A stretch of DNA of 64,000 nt, from positions 1 through 64,000 of the forward strand of contig JAESQN010000044.1 in NCBI GenBank assembly GCA_016765135.1. The letters run 5' to 3'. The stretch comes from Robiginitomaculum sp. GTDB lineage: Bacteria; Pseudomonadota; Alphaproteobacteria; Caulobacterales; Maricaulaceae. This document shows positions 1-10,159 of the stretch, in pieces. The notes beneath the pieces are model-generated. The model did no database searches. It saw only the letters and a program-made list of their open reading frames with translations, and was not told where the DNA came from. The number at the start of each line of letters is the position of its first letter. Position 1 is the first letter of the stretch. Both the position numbers and the translations under genes were made by a program.

Positions 1-435
1 CTATACTGAACAAAGCGCGCTAGAAGTTGTGCAAGGCCTTGCCGTAAAGTTGATGAGCAATTATACAAATGCAATCGCACAAATACCTCTGGATGAGCCC
101 GCCCAGCCCAAAGCCTGGAAAAAACCTTCGCTGCGCGGCTAGGGCGCTCTAAGCGTGGTGTCAGCATCAAATGGACTGCCCGCAAACGACGTCGCATCAA
201 TTCATACCAAAGGAACCATGCGGTTTTATCAAGCCGCATGGGGGCGGGCCATGGCCAAAAGGTTCATGTATAGGAACAGATTTACGAGCGGACAAACCAT
301 TGTTGTCATCCAGCGAACATGTTCGCATATCCATGCGCGTAGGCAAGCATGAGGGGCTAATCTCATTAGAGAGCTTTCCAAGTAATTCAAGGGCTTAGCA
401 CTGATATGGAGAACCTGTCATCATCAGTGGTGTTA

Positions 436-522
436 TGGTGCGGCCGAGAAGACTCGAACTTCCACGGGTGTTACCCCACAGCGACCTCAACGCTGCGCGT
501 CTACCAATTCCGCCACGGCCGC
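436..522 (-). tRNA. tRNA-Leu (anticodon GAG), 87 nt with long variable arm, encoded CCA
   Basis: Reverse complement reads GCGGCCG-TG-GCGG..CGC-CAGCG-TTGAGGT-CGCTG-long variable arm-GGAAG TTCGAGT CTTCT-CGGCCGC-ACCA. Acceptor stem is 7/7 paired, GG in D-loop, TTCGA T-loop, anticodon loop TTGAGGT. Confidence 0.85.
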
Positions 523-636
523 ACGATGAGTGAGGGGGAGTTAGCAAAGTTACGGGGCTTTGCAAAGGGAAATATGCGGGTGGAGCGTATTTCATTGCGG
601 CTTGATTTATCTTCTCTTGCGCCCCATATCCCTCCT

Positions 637-1314
637 ATGAATACAGTTTGTTCAGTTTCCCCCCCCACCCCCGTGCAGTGGAAATCCGCTGCTGCGCCTG
701 TGCCTTACCTGGACGCGGTGACGACGATGGAAACGCGGGCGGCGGCGATTGCGGCGGGGGATATGGATGAGCTGGTTTGGTGTTTGGAACACCCGCCTTT
801 ATATACGGCGGGGACTTCGGCTGACATTTCTGACCTTATCGACCCGGACCGTTTCCCGGTGTTCAAAACCGGGCGGGGTGGGCAATATACCTATCACGGG
901 CCGGGGCAGTTGGTTGGGTATTTCATGCTCGACCTTAGGAAACGCGGACGGGATGTGCGGGCTTTTGTGGCCGGGCTTGAGGATTTGGTAATTGGGACAT
1001 TGGCGGATTTTGGCGTGGTGGCCGACAGGCGGGCCGGGCGGGTTGGGGTTTGGGTGGATATGGTGGATAGCCAAGGACAAAAAAGCGAAGCCAAGGTCGC
1101 TGCCGTTGGGGTGCGCATCCGTAAGTGGGTCAGCTATCACGGCATATCTATCAATATAAACCCGGACTTATCCCATTTTGACGGCATCGTTCCGTGCGGC
1201 ATCAGCGAACATGGCGTTACCAGTCTGGCGGCGCTAGGGGTAGAGGCCAGCACGGAGGATGTGGAGGCCGCTCTTAAACGAAATTTCCAAAAGACCTTTG
1301 GCCCGATCGGCTAA
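637..1314 (+). CDS. lipB: octanoyl-[ACP]:protein N-octanoyltransferase (lipoyl-protein ligase B)
   Basis: LipB motifs [52 protein letters not shown] at 637 chosen inside the longer ORF 406..1314 to give a LipB-like length (225 aa). Confidence 0.85.
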   Translation: MNTVCSVSPPTPVQWKSAAAPVPYLDAVTTMETRAAAIAAGDMDELVWCLEHPPLYTAGTSADISDLIDPDRFPVFKTGRGGQYTYHGPGQLVGYFMLDLRKRGRDVRAFVAGLEDLVIGTLADFGVVADRRAGRVGVWVDMVDSQGQKSEAKVAAVGVRIRKWVSYHGISININPDLSHFDGIVPCGISEHGVTSLAALGVEASTEDVEAALKRNFQKTFGPIG

Positions 1315-1579
1315 AGTCAAAACTTTGTCTGTGGGGATATTTACGAATTGTGTATTCAGCTATATACGTAGATACACTTGAATTTACTTCTGATTTCAAT
1401 TAAATTTTCGCAAAAGTTACTGGTTTTTTAGGAGATTGAGTCGCCCACATTACCCGGACAGGAAGACTTCACTCTTGACGATTATCCTTTGCATGGGCCC
1501 CCTGATACTGTCTCGTTATGGGCGTAGCTGTGGGAGGTGCTCGTCGCTCGAAGCGGAGATCCACCGAATGACGAGCGGT

Positions 1580-2245
1580 TTAGACTTTCTCCAGATCGCT
1601 AAATAAACCGTCTTGGTAGACCGTGCGGCCAAAGAGTGGATGGGTCATGGTGAGGCGGAAGCGGAAATTTTTGCCGCCTTCGTCAATATGTTCGACCAAG
1701 GTGCGTCCGGGTGTGAGCCAGAGCGGTATGGGCAGGCGAAGTCTTCCCCATCTTAGAAAGTAATATGTACTGGCAAAGTTGAGTGCACTGTCTTGTTCGT
1801 AAACGCGTAATCCCATGCCGATACCGCCCAGTAGGCCGGGGCGGATGCATTCCATCAGCCCGCCGTCCGCACCCAATTGCTTGACGCTTTCGATACGTAA
1901 AGGGGTTTGGTTGGGACGCAGGAAATTGCGTTGCCAGACCACACCGCCGCGCTTGTCGGGAAATACCTTGACTTCTGCGACAAACGACCGGGCGCGGGCG
2001 AGGGGCAGGGGCTTGCCAAATGGGTAGAGGAGAACGGCAAACAAAAATCCGAAGCGTGAAGTTTGTACCTTCAGTGTGCCGGGATATGTCACCCGCAAAT
2101 TATGGTCAGAGAACCGCTTTCGGATAGCCGGGTGCAGACGGGCCCAACCCTTTGCGCCTGTTAGTTTCTCGAAGTCGGGTGCGCGGTCTTTTAATACGGG
2201 TTTGTCTATGGGGATATTTGCGTTGCGATCAATTGCATGTGTCAT
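1580..2245 (-). CDS. DUF4166-like protein (commonly paired with saccharopine dehydrogenase-like genes)
   Basis: 221-aa ORF, no TM, recognised only at family level. Sits 3 bp downstream of the regulator gene and divergent from the saccharopine DH-like gene. Confidence 0.55.
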   Translation of the reverse strand: MTHAIDRNANIPIDKPVLKDRAPDFEKLTGAKGWARLHPAIRKRFSDHNLRVTYPGTLKVQTSRFGFLFAVLLYPFGKPLPLARARSFVAEVKVFPDKRGGVVWQRNFLRPNQTPLRIESVKQLGADGGLMECIRPGLLGGIGMGLRVYEQDSALNFASTYYFLRWGRLRLPIPLWLTPGRTLVEHIDEGGKNFRFRLTMTHPLFGRTVYQDGLFSDLEKV

Positions 2246-2247
2246 AT

Positions 2248-2772
2248 CTATCGACCGATAAATTTCGCGATTTTTGCGCCCATTTTCATCAGGCGGATCA
2301 GTTTCTCTTTGGGCACGGTGCGGATGTCGTCATACCAACTGGTCATGGTTTCCATAAATCCGACCAGTTCGTCAATTTGCGCGGCTTGCTCCGGGGTGAC
2401 TTCATGGTCATATTGGGTGTTGTTGGCGACAAGCCGCAACATGTGCAGGGTCGGGTCGATTTCGCGTTTTTTCCGGCCCTCGGAAATACGCATGACAATT
2501 TCCCAATTGTCTTTGACGGCCTCATAATGGTCGCGCCTGTCACCCAGGATTTGTGTGCGGATGATAAGCCGCCAGTTTAAAAGTTCCTTGAGGGAGGTGG
2601 AAACATTTGAACGGGCCAGGTCAAGGATGACGCTGATCTGCTCGGCATGTAAGGGGCGTTCGGACAGGTATAGCAAAGCCTGTATCTGGGCTACCGAGCG
2701 ACTTACCCCCCATTGCTTCCCCATTTCGCCCCAATGGACAATAAACTTTTCGGTTGTCGGGGTAAGTCTCAT
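2248..2772 (-). CDS. winged-helix transcriptional regulator, MarR/GbsR-like
   Basis: 174 aa. N-terminal wHTH (SRSVAQIQALLYLSERPLHAEQISVILDLARSNVSTSLKELLNWRLI) and C-terminal helical domain. A divergent promoter region carries a 12-bp palindrome. Confidence 0.6.
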   Translation of the reverse strand: MRLTPTTEKFIVHWGEMGKQWGVSRSVAQIQALLYLSERPLHAEQISVILDLARSNVSTSLKELLNWRLIIRTQILGDRRDHYEAVKDNWEIVMRISEGRKKREIDPTLHMLRLVANNTQYDHEVTPEQAAQIDELVGFMETMTSWYDDIRTVPKEKLIRLMKMGAKIAKFIGR

Positions 2773-2784
2773 GATAACATCCTT

Positions 2785-2806
2785 ACTGTAACTTCTGTAA
2801 TTACAG
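2785..2806. promoter_or_regulatory. candidate operator: 12-bp perfect palindrome CTGTAATTACAG preceded by a CTGTAA half-site
   Basis: tactgtaacttCTGTAATTACAGaaat in the divergent promoter region between the MarR/GbsR-like regulator and the saccharopine DH-like gene. Confidence 0.35.
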
Positions 2807-2931
2807 AAATAAAGAAAAAAGTGTGTTTGTCAAGATGTTTTCAGGGATTTAGTAATGCTATGAACAAGGTGTAATAACAGGCTGTCAATGGTTTGTGGTT
2901 TGGTCTAATCTGGTCTGAACAGGAGGAAATT

Positions 2932-4272
2932 ATGGCGAAATTTTTGGTTTTGGGTGCGGGGTTGGTGGTGGCACCTTTGGTGGAGTATTTGTGCCGTCGG
3001 GTGGATAACACTATCGTGATTGCCAATAATATTTTGGCTGCGGCACAGGATTTGGCGGCACCGTTCAAGAATGCTAGCGCAGAGTTGATAGACGTTACAG
3101 ATGCGCAAGCCCTGCAAAACCGCGCCGCAGATTTTGACCTGGTATTGTCTATGGTGCCGCCAACCTTTCACCCCTTGGTGGCCAAAGCTTGTATTGGGGC
3201 GAAAACCCACATGGTCAGTGCCAGCTACCAGTCGGGCGAGATGTTGGCATTATCGGCGCAAGCGGAAGCAGCGAGCATAACCATCTTAAACGAAATCGGG
3301 CTTGATCCGGGCATAGACCACCTTAGCGCCATGCAGATCATTGATGCGGCCCATGCTAAGGGTGAGCAGATCGAGGCTTTCGTATCTTGGTGCGGCGGAC
3401 TTCCCGCACCAGATGATAATGATAATCCGCTGGGTTATAAATTTTCTTGGAACCCCAAGGGTGCTATTTTGGTTTTGCTCAATGAGGCGCGGTATAAGCA
3501 AGCAGGTAAAAACAAAATCATTGCGTCTGAGAATTTGATGAACTGGGCTAAACCTGTCCGTATTGGTGGTCTTGATTTGGAATGCTACCCCAACCGTAAT
3601 TCGCTTCTGTATAAAGACATCTATAATATCCCCGAAGTGAATACGCTGATACGCGGCACATTGCGTTATCCCGGATTTTGCGCGGTCATGCAATTGGCCA
3701 AAACGCTGGGCCTGTTTGGTCTCGAAAATGTCAGTGTATCAAATACCACAACATGGAACGAATATATATCCATTCTCAATGGCGGTGCTTCGGTGGAAAC
3801 ATTGCGCGATAATGCACCGGATAAGCCGTGGCAGGCGCTGGACTGGCTCGGTGTATTTTCAGATAACCCCATACATGCCGGGTTAACACCAGTGGACGTA
3901 TTTTGTGATTTACTGTTGGCGAAATTGCCCTATCTGGACGGTGAGCAAGACATGATTATCTTGCAACACAAATTCATCATTAAACGCAAGGACGGTACGA
4001 AATATTACCGCTCCGCCTTGTTCAAATCTATCGGCGAGCCAGGCGGTTCAAGCGCTATGGCGGTAACGGTCGGTCTGCCAGCGGCTATGGCGGCACAATT
4101 GATTGTGGATGGCCATATCACGCAAACTGGCATGGTTTTGCCTGTTTCGGCAAATATCTATGATCCGATATTGCGCTTGCTCAAACAAGACAACATTGAA
4201 TTTTCCGAGCAGGTATGGGAGCAAGACCAGATGAATGACGTAGAATTTATCCCTGAATTACATTGCATATAA
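2932..4272 (+). CDS. saccharopine dehydrogenase family oxidoreductase (NAD(P)-binding, LYS9-like)
   Basis: N-terminal Rossmann motif LVLGAGLVVAP, conserved EIGLDPGIDH. ATG at 2932 is 9 nt after AGGAGG; the ORF track's upstream start has no RBS. Confidence 0.75.
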   Translation: MAKFLVLGAGLVVAPLVEYLCRRVDNTIVIANNILAAAQDLAAPFKNASAELIDVTDAQALQNRAADFDLVLSMVPPTFHPLVAKACIGAKTHMVSASYQSGEMLALSAQAEAASITILNEIGLDPGIDHLSAMQIIDAAHAKGEQIEAFVSWCGGLPAPDDNDNPLGYKFSWNPKGAILVLLNEARYKQAGKNKIIASENLMNWAKPVRIGGLDLECYPNRNSLLYKDIYNIPEVNTLIRGTLRYPGFCAVMQLAKTLGLFGLENVSVSNTTTWNEYISILNGGASVETLRDNAPDKPWQALDWLGVFSDNPIHAGLTPVDVFCDLLLAKLPYLDGEQDMIILQHKFIIKRKDGTKYYRSALFKSIGEPGGSSAMAVTVGLPAAMAAQLIVDGHITQTGMVLPVSANIYDPILRLLKQDNIEFSEQVWEQDQMNDVEFIPELHCI

Positions 4273-4321
4273 AGTCTATTATAGCTATTGCACTCGTTTT
4301 TAAAGGTTGCGGATAGACTAT

Positions 4322-5245
4322 ATGACCAGACATTTTTTGAGCCTTACGGATATGGACGCGGGTGCGTTACGCGAAATTCTGGGCGAAGCCCACCGCCGCA
4401 AAAAAGCCCGCGCCGGTATGCCAAAGGGAGCGGCGGATAGTGATGCGCCTTTGGCCGGGCATGTGTTGGCCATGTTGTTCGAGAAAAGCTCGACCCGCAC
4501 ACGGTTTTCTTTCGAGGTAGGGATGACCCAGTTGGGTGGTAGCTCCATATTTACCAGTGCGGGTGATATGCAATTGGGACGCGGGGAAACTATTGAGGAC
4601 ACGGCGCAAGTTTTGTCGCGTTTTGTCGACGGGATTATGCTACGGGCCAATGATCATAATGCTTTGGTGGCGCTGGCGCAAAACGCCAATGTCCCGGTAA
4701 TCAATGGCCTGACCGACTATAATCATCCGTGCCAGATTATGGCCGATTTGATGACATTGGAGGAACAAGGTCGCGACCTAAAAGGCTTGCGCCTGGCCTG
4801 GGTCGGAGACGGTAATAATGTCGCCGTGAGTTTTATCAACGGGGCCGTTAAATTTGGCTATCAATTGGTCATCTCCACGCCAACAGGTTACGGCCCGGCT
4901 GGGCAAATGGTTGAGCGGGCGCGGGCTGAAGGTGCGCATATTGAATTGATTGCAGACCCCAGGAAAGCCTGTCAAAGTGCTGATGTGGTGATCGCAGACA
5001 CATGGGTGTCCATGGGGGATACGGATATTGATCAGCGCATGAGCGACCTTGCGGATTGGCAGGTCAATGATGCGCTGATGGAATGTGCCGCCAATGATGC
5101 GTTATTCCTGCACTGCTTGCCCGCGCACCGGGGTGAGGAGGTTTCGGCCTCGGTCATAGACGGGCCAAATTCGGTGGTGTTCGACGAAGCCGAAAACCGG
5201 TTACATGCGCAAAAAGCAATTTTGCTTTGGTGTCTTGAGAAGTAA
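4322..5245 (+). CDS. argF: ornithine carbamoyltransferase
   Basis: STRTRFSFE carbamoyl-phosphate motif, [21 protein letters not shown]. Alternative TTG start at 4307. Confidence 0.9.
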   Translation: MTRHFLSLTDMDAGALREILGEAHRRKKARAGMPKGAADSDAPLAGHVLAMLFEKSSTRTRFSFEVGMTQLGGSSIFTSAGDMQLGRGETIEDTAQVLSRFVDGIMLRANDHNALVALAQNANVPVINGLTDYNHPCQIMADLMTLEEQGRDLKGLRLAWVGDGNNVAVSFINGAVKFGYQLVISTPTGYGPAGQMVERARAEGAHIELIADPRKACQSADVVIADTWVSMGDTDIDQRMSDLADWQVNDALMECAANDALFLHCLPAHRGEEVSASVIDGPNSVVFDEAENRLHAQKAILLWCLEK

Positions 5246-5287
5246 GATTAGCCTTTCGCTTTTACCAGTTTAGGCTAAACAGTATCC

Positions 5288-6268
5288 ATGACAATTCTCG
5301 TGACAGGTGCTGCCGGGTTTATCGGCCATAATCTTTGCCTTGCCCTGCTGGAGCGCGGCGAGCAAGTGGTGGGTGTGGATAGCCTTAATGATTATTATGA
5401 CCCGGCGCTTAAACGGGCAAGGTTGGAGCGGTTGGCAGGGTTCGAGCAGTTTCGCTTTGCGCAAGTTGATTTGGCGGATGATGGTGCGTTGGAGCGTGCG
5501 GTGTCGCCTGACGCAATCACTCATATCGTTAATTTGGCAGCCCAGGCCGGGGTGCGGTATTCCATTGAAAATCCGCGTGCCTATGTGCGTTCCAATCTGA
5601 GTGGTTATGCCAATGTGTTGGAATTTGCCCGCGCCGCCAAGAACCTTAAACATCTGGTCTATGCGTCCAGCTCATCCGTGTACGGGGACCGGAGCGACGG
5701 GCCGTTTCGCGAAAGCGATCCGGTGATCAAGCCCGTGTCGCTCTATTCGGCCACAAAAATTAGCGGGGAAGCCTTATCCGAGAGTTATGCCCACCTTTAC
5801 GGGATTCCCATGACTGGTCTCAGGTTTTTTACCGTTTATGGTGCCTGGGGACGGCCAGATATGGCTTACTGGATTTTTACCGAGAAAATATTGAAAGGCG
5901 AGACCATAGATATTTTCGCCGCCGGGGAAATGTCCCGGGATTTTACCTATATCGACGACATTATCACGGCGCTGGGGCAGATTGTGGATACGCCGCCCCA
6001 AACTATCAACGAAAAAGATGTGCCGCACGAAATTTATAATCTTGGCAATTCGGCGCCGACACCCCTGATGGATTTGGTGCATGCGGTGGAAAAGACATGT
6101 GGCCGGGAAGCCAAGAAAAACTTCATGCCCAAACAAATGGGCGATGTATCCAAGACATTTGCCGATATTTCCAAGGCGAAAACGGCGTTTAATTACAACC
6201 CCAAAACCACCATCGAGCAAGGCATTCCAGTGTTTGTCGATTGGTACAGAGATTTTTATAACATTTAG
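5288..6268 (+). CDS. NAD-dependent epimerase/dehydratase (UDP-glucuronate 4-epimerase-like SDR)
   Basis: TGAAGFIGHNL Rossmann motif, YxxxK (YSATKISGE), 326 aa. Confidence 0.8.
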   Translation: MTILVTGAAGFIGHNLCLALLERGEQVVGVDSLNDYYDPALKRARLERLAGFEQFRFAQVDLADDGALERAVSPDAITHIVNLAAQAGVRYSIENPRAYVRSNLSGYANVLEFARAAKNLKHLVYASSSSVYGDRSDGPFRESDPVIKPVSLYSATKISGEALSESYAHLYGIPMTGLRFFTVYGAWGRPDMAYWIFTEKILKGETIDIFAAGEMSRDFTYIDDIITALGQIVDTPPQTINEKDVPHEIYNLGNSAPTPLMDLVHAVEKTCGREAKKNFMPKQMGDVSKTFADISKAKTAFNYNPKTTIEQGIPVFVDWYRDFYNI

Positions 6269-6277
6269 GAGCAACCC

Positions 6278-7567
6278 ATGAAACGCGTCATTAACAACAA
6301 AACTAAAATCGGCAATCATCAACTGCACCCCGAAACTCTTATGATGTCTTACGGATATGACCCGACACTTTCGGAAAACTCGGTCAAACCTCCGGTGTTT
6401 TTAACCTCGACATTTACATTCCCCAGTGCTGAAGCCGGGGAAGAGTTTTTCAATATCGTATCAGGCCGTAAACCGTTGCCTGCCGGGGAAAGTGCCGGGT
6501 TGATTTATTCGCGCTTTAACCATCCAAATGCCGAGATTACCGAAGATCGTCTGGCAGTTCTGGAAGGCGCGGAAGAGGGCGTGGTTTGTGCGTCTGGCAT
6601 GGGGGCAATTACCAGCACGTTTTTGTCGGTATTGCGCCCCGGTGATGTGTTGGTTCATGGCTCGCCGCTTTACGGTGGTACCGAGACCCTGATCCGTAAT
6701 CTGTTGTCACAATTCGGGATTTTATCAGTGGAGTTCCAGGACGGTATGCGCGCGGACAGCATTGAAGCTGCCATCGAAAAAGCTAAAAAACTTGGCCCAA
6801 TCAAGATGATTTATATGGAGACGCCAGGCAATCCAACCAATGCCATATATGATTTTGAGTTGATCAAACAGGCCCAGGAAAAATGCGAACGTGAAACTGG
6901 CGTGCGGCCATTGACCGTATGTGACAACACCTTGCAAGGGCCAGTGTTCCAGCAGGCTGTGGCCCACGGCATTGATCTATCGGTGTATTCATTGACCAAG
7001 TATGTTGGCGGCCATTCGGATTTAATAGCGGGCGCGGTTCTTGGTGGGGGTGAAGCCATCAAAGCGGTGCGCGGTATTCGTAATGCTATGGGTATGAACC
7101 TTGACCCCCATACATGTTGGTTATTGTCGCGCTCCCTGGAAACCCTGACCATACGTATGACCCGTGCGGCAGAAAGCGGGACTAAAGTTGCTGCATGGCT
7201 AGTTGATAATCCTTATGTCAAAACCAAAGTCCTGCATCCTGAGTTTATTGATGATGAGCGGTATCAAGAGATATATAAACGCCAATGCTCCGGCCCCGGT
7301 TCAACATTTTCCTTTGTTATTGACGGCAGCAGACAAGATGCGTTTAAAATCATCAACGGCTTATCTTTGTTTAAATCTGCCGTAAGTCTCGGTGGCACAG
7401 AAAGTCTTGTCTCCCACCCTGCATCCACAACCCATTCCGGCATCCCGGCAGATGTACGCGAACAAGGCGGGCTAACGGAAGGCTTAATCAGAATATCCAT
7501 AGGCCTGGAACACCCGGACGATTTAATCGCAGATTTGGACGCGGCGTTTAGGGGTGTTTATAGGTGA
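6278..7567 (+). CDS. PLP-dependent trans-sulfuration enzyme (methionine gamma-lyase / cystathionine gamma-synthase family)
   Basis: LHPETL..VKPPVF N-terminus; PLP-lysine region SLTKYVGGHSDLIAGAVLG; RBS AGGAG upstream of the ATG. Confidence 0.8.
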   Translation: MKRVINNKTKIGNHQLHPETLMMSYGYDPTLSENSVKPPVFLTSTFTFPSAEAGEEFFNIVSGRKPLPAGESAGLIYSRFNHPNAEITEDRLAVLEGAEEGVVCASGMGAITSTFLSVLRPGDVLVHGSPLYGGTETLIRNLLSQFGILSVEFQDGMRADSIEAAIEKAKKLGPIKMIYMETPGNPTNAIYDFELIKQAQEKCERETGVRPLTVCDNTLQGPVFQQAVAHGIDLSVYSLTKYVGGHSDLIAGAVLGGGEAIKAVRGIRNAMGMNLDPHTCWLLSRSLETLTIRMTRAAESGTKVAAWLVDNPYVKTKVLHPEFIDDERYQEIYKRQCSGPGSTFSFVIDGSRQDAFKIINGLSLFKSAVSLGGTESLVSHPASTTHSGIPADVREQGGLTEGLIRISIGLEHPDDLIADLDAAFRGVYR

Positions 7568-7794
7568 AAAGTAAACTGAAACTGAATTTTACGGCACGTA
7601 ATGAGGCGCTAAAATCTATGTCTGTATGGTTTCGAACTATTTCCTTGGGTTTAATGGCGGTGGCGCTCATTGAACCATTACGAAACCCTGGAGATTTTAA
7701 TGTTGCAGCAACATTGGCTGCGGGTATCAGCTCAATCTTGACATTAGGAGTATCAATACTTATATATACTTTAATCAAGGAGCCAAAAAAATGA
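7564..7794 (+). CDS. small membrane protein (76 aa, two predicted TM helices), hypothetical
   Basis: GTG start overlaps the stop of the upstream PLP enzyme (gGTGa). Its stop overlaps the next ATG (ATGA). AT-rich codon usage. Confidence 0.3.
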   Translation: MKSKLKLNFTARNEALKSMSVWFRTISLGLMAVALIEPLRNPGDFNVAATLAAGISSILTLGVSILIYTLIKEPKK

Positions 7795-7889
7795 GTGGTA
7801 CAATCGCGTTTATTATTATTGTTTCAGCAATCTGTCTTTTTGGTGTGCTTGCATTCTTCTTGCTCAGCAAGATACAGGTTGAAGACTAA
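7791..7889 (+). CDS. 32-aa hydrophobic peptide MSGTIAFIIIVSAICLFGVLAFFLLSKIQVED (single TM), hypothetical
   Basis: Not in the ORF track (below its 60-aa cutoff). Strong RBS AAGGAG 8 nt upstream; ATGA coupling to the preceding 76-aa ORF. Confidence 0.3.
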   Translation: MSGTIAFIIIVSAICLFGVLAFFLLSKIQVED

Positions 7890-7913
7890 GACCCTTTTAC
7901 CCAAACCTTATTA

Positions 7914-10079
7914 TCACCCAAACCCCTCCGCCAAGCTCACCGCAAATGCGTACTCAAACGCGGTTTCCTTTAGGCTGTCATATCTTCCTGGTTCACCCTG
8001 ATGCCCGGCGTCCATGTTTGTTTTTAGCAATATGGGTACGTCACATTTTTGGTGATCGCGGAGTTTTGCGGCCCATTTAGCTGGCTCCCAATAGGTGACG
8101 CGGGGGTCGGTTAGGCCCGCCGTAATCAACATTGGCGGGTAGGCTTGGTCTTTGACATTGGTATAGGGGCAATAGCTGGCTATGGTATCGTAGGCGGCTT
8201 TATCCGTTAGCGGATTGCCCCATTCCGGCCATTCCGGCGGGGTTAAGGGCAAGCTTTCGTCGCTCATTGTATTGAGTACATCCACGAACGGTACGGCGGC
8301 AATGACACCGCCGAACAGCTCCGGTGCCTGGTTGACGGCGGCCCCCACGAGCAAGCCGCCCGCAGAACCTCCGTGGGCGATGATGTGGCCTTCACTGGTA
8401 TATCCCATCTTCGCCAAACCGTGCCCAACATCGACGAAATCATCGAACGTAGCTTGCTTGGTTTTAAGCTTGCCTTTGGTGTACCAGTCATAGCCTTTGG
8501 ATTTTCCGCCCCTGATATGAGCGATAGCATAGACAAAACCGCGATCAATAAGCGACAATAGATTTGTACGAAACGCCGCCGATATGGTGATGCCGTAGGA
8601 GCCATAACCGTAGAGCAAGCACGGTGCTTTACCGTCTCGTTTAAAATTTGCGCCCATGATTATAGTGACGGGGATGCTCTCGCCGTCGCGGGCTTTGATC
8701 TGGATGCGTTCGGTTTTGTAGTCTTTAGGACTATGCCCAGACGGTATTTGCGTGGTTTTGCGTAAGATGCGCTCACCCGTTTGCATGTTATAATCGAAAA
8801 CCTGTCCCGGCGTGGTCGGAGACGAATAGTTAAAGCGCAATGTTTTGGTCTTGAATTCATACCCGCCCATCAGGCCAAGCGCATAGGCTTGCTCATCAAA
8901 GCTGATGGTTGTTTCTTCGTCCGTGCTTAAATCTCGAATAATGATGCGGGGCAGGGCGTTGATACGCTCCAACCTGACCAGATAGCCTTTATACGTCTCC
9001 AACCCGAGGATAAGCGTACCGGGCGTATGGGGGATAAAATCTTGCCAATGGGTGGCGCCTGGACTTGCTTGTTTGGCGCGCATAATTTTAAAATCAGTAG
9101 CACCACCCGTGTTGGTCAGGATATAAAAATCGTCTGCGTGGTCGTGTAGATCATATTCCCGGTCACGCACACGGGGTTCGGCGCATATTGGTGCAATGGT
9201 TGGCGTTTTGGCCGGGATTAGCAAGGTTTCGGAACTGGTATGATCATGGCAATTTATCTCGACAAAATCTCCGGTATCAGACCCGCCGAGGGAGACAAAA
9301 AACCCGGCGTCCGGCTCGTCATATATCAAGACGGGTTTGTCTGCCTTGTCCAGTATGTTTTTGCGCCAAACTTTGGCCGGACGGTTATTGTCGTCGCGCT
9401 CGACCCAAAACAGGGTCAGGCTATCATCATCACGATCATCAGCAAAAACGAAATCCCCGGCGGTGTTGTCTATAGGTTTGGTGACAGGCAAGCCGGTTTC
9501 AATCTCCAATATAGTGATTTCGTAGCGTTCAGCACCTTGGACATCGACGGCATAGGCCAAGTATTTGTGGTCGTCTGAATGGCTCACCCCGCCAAGATCA
9601 AAAAATGAAAATCCTTGTTTTTTGGCCTTCGATGCTAATGCATCAGCATCTAGCAAGGTTTCGCCTTTAGCATCCGTTTGCCCGTGTTTTATCCGGTAAT
9701 ATTCGCCGTGCTGATCTCCAGGACGGAAGCGGTGGGCATAACTCCATGGGCCGTCCGGCGAGGGTACGGAGCTGTCATCATCTTTTATGCGGCCCTTCAT
9801 TTCGGCCAAAAGCTTGGCTTGCAAAGATTTTGTATCGACCATCACAGCCTTGACGTACTTGTTTTCTGCCTCAAGATAGGCCCGAATATCCGCGTCCAGC
9901 ACGCCGGGATCATCCATGACCTTGCGCCAGTTTTCATCCTTGAGCCAGGCATAATTATCAACCCGCTCCCGACCCAGTTGGCCGATAGTTCTTGGACGCT
10001 TGCTAGCTCTTGGTGGGGTCAGTTTCTGGTCGAAAATCGGCATATATGTCTCTGGTATGTCTTTGGATGAAAGGCGCAA
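7914..10079 (-). CDS. ptrB: S9 family serine peptidase, oligopeptidase B (protease II)
   Basis: 721 aa; N-terminal beta-propeller plus C-terminal alpha/beta hydrolase with GGSAGGLLVG nucleophile elbow. Confidence 0.85.
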   Translation of the reverse strand: MRLSSKDIPETYMPIFDQKLTPPRASKRPRTIGQLGRERVDNYAWLKDENWRKVMDDPGVLDADIRAYLEAENKYVKAVMVDTKSLQAKLLAEMKGRIKDDDSSVPSPDGPWSYAHRFRPGDQHGEYYRIKHGQTDAKGETLLDADALASKAKKQGFSFFDLGGVSHSDDHKYLAYAVDVQGAERYEITILEIETGLPVTKPIDNTAGDFVFADDRDDDSLTLFWVERDDNNRPAKVWRKNILDKADKPVLIYDEPDAGFFVSLGGSDTGDFVEINCHDHTSSETLLIPAKTPTIAPICAEPRVRDREYDLHDHADDFYILTNTGGATDFKIMRAKQASPGATHWQDFIPHTPGTLILGLETYKGYLVRLERINALPRIIIRDLSTDEETTISFDEQAYALGLMGGYEFKTKTLRFNYSSPTTPGQVFDYNMQTGERILRKTTQIPSGHSPKDYKTERIQIKARDGESIPVTIIMGANFKRDGKAPCLLYGYGSYGITISAAFRTNLLSLIDRGFVYAIAHIRGGKSKGYDWYTKGKLKTKQATFDDFVDVGHGLAKMGYTSEGHIIAHGGSAGGLLVGAAVNQAPELFGGVIAAVPFVDVLNTMSDESLPLTPPEWPEWGNPLTDKAAYDTIASYCPYTNVKDQAYPPMLITAGLTDPRVTYWEPAKWAAKLRDHQKCDVPILLKTNMDAGHQGEPGRYDSLKETAFEYAFAVSLAEGFG

Positions 10080-10159
10080 TAAGCGTCATTTCATATACAT
10101 TTGGTTAATAGAATGCCACTAGATTTTTCGTATAACTAGGTAATGAATAAAGGACGACC

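Noticed and set aside
155-398. Short ORFs (65 and 75 aa) in the first 400 bp upstream of tRNA-Leu
   Set aside because: No RBS and overlapping frames. The region is more likely non-coding leader or the 3' UTR of an upstream gene. No structured-RNA motif could be recognised with confidence.
406-636. 5' extension of the lipB ORF (track start 406)
   Set aside because: The extension overlaps tRNA-Leu on the opposite strand and has no LipB homology; the internal ATG at 637 gives a normal-length protein.
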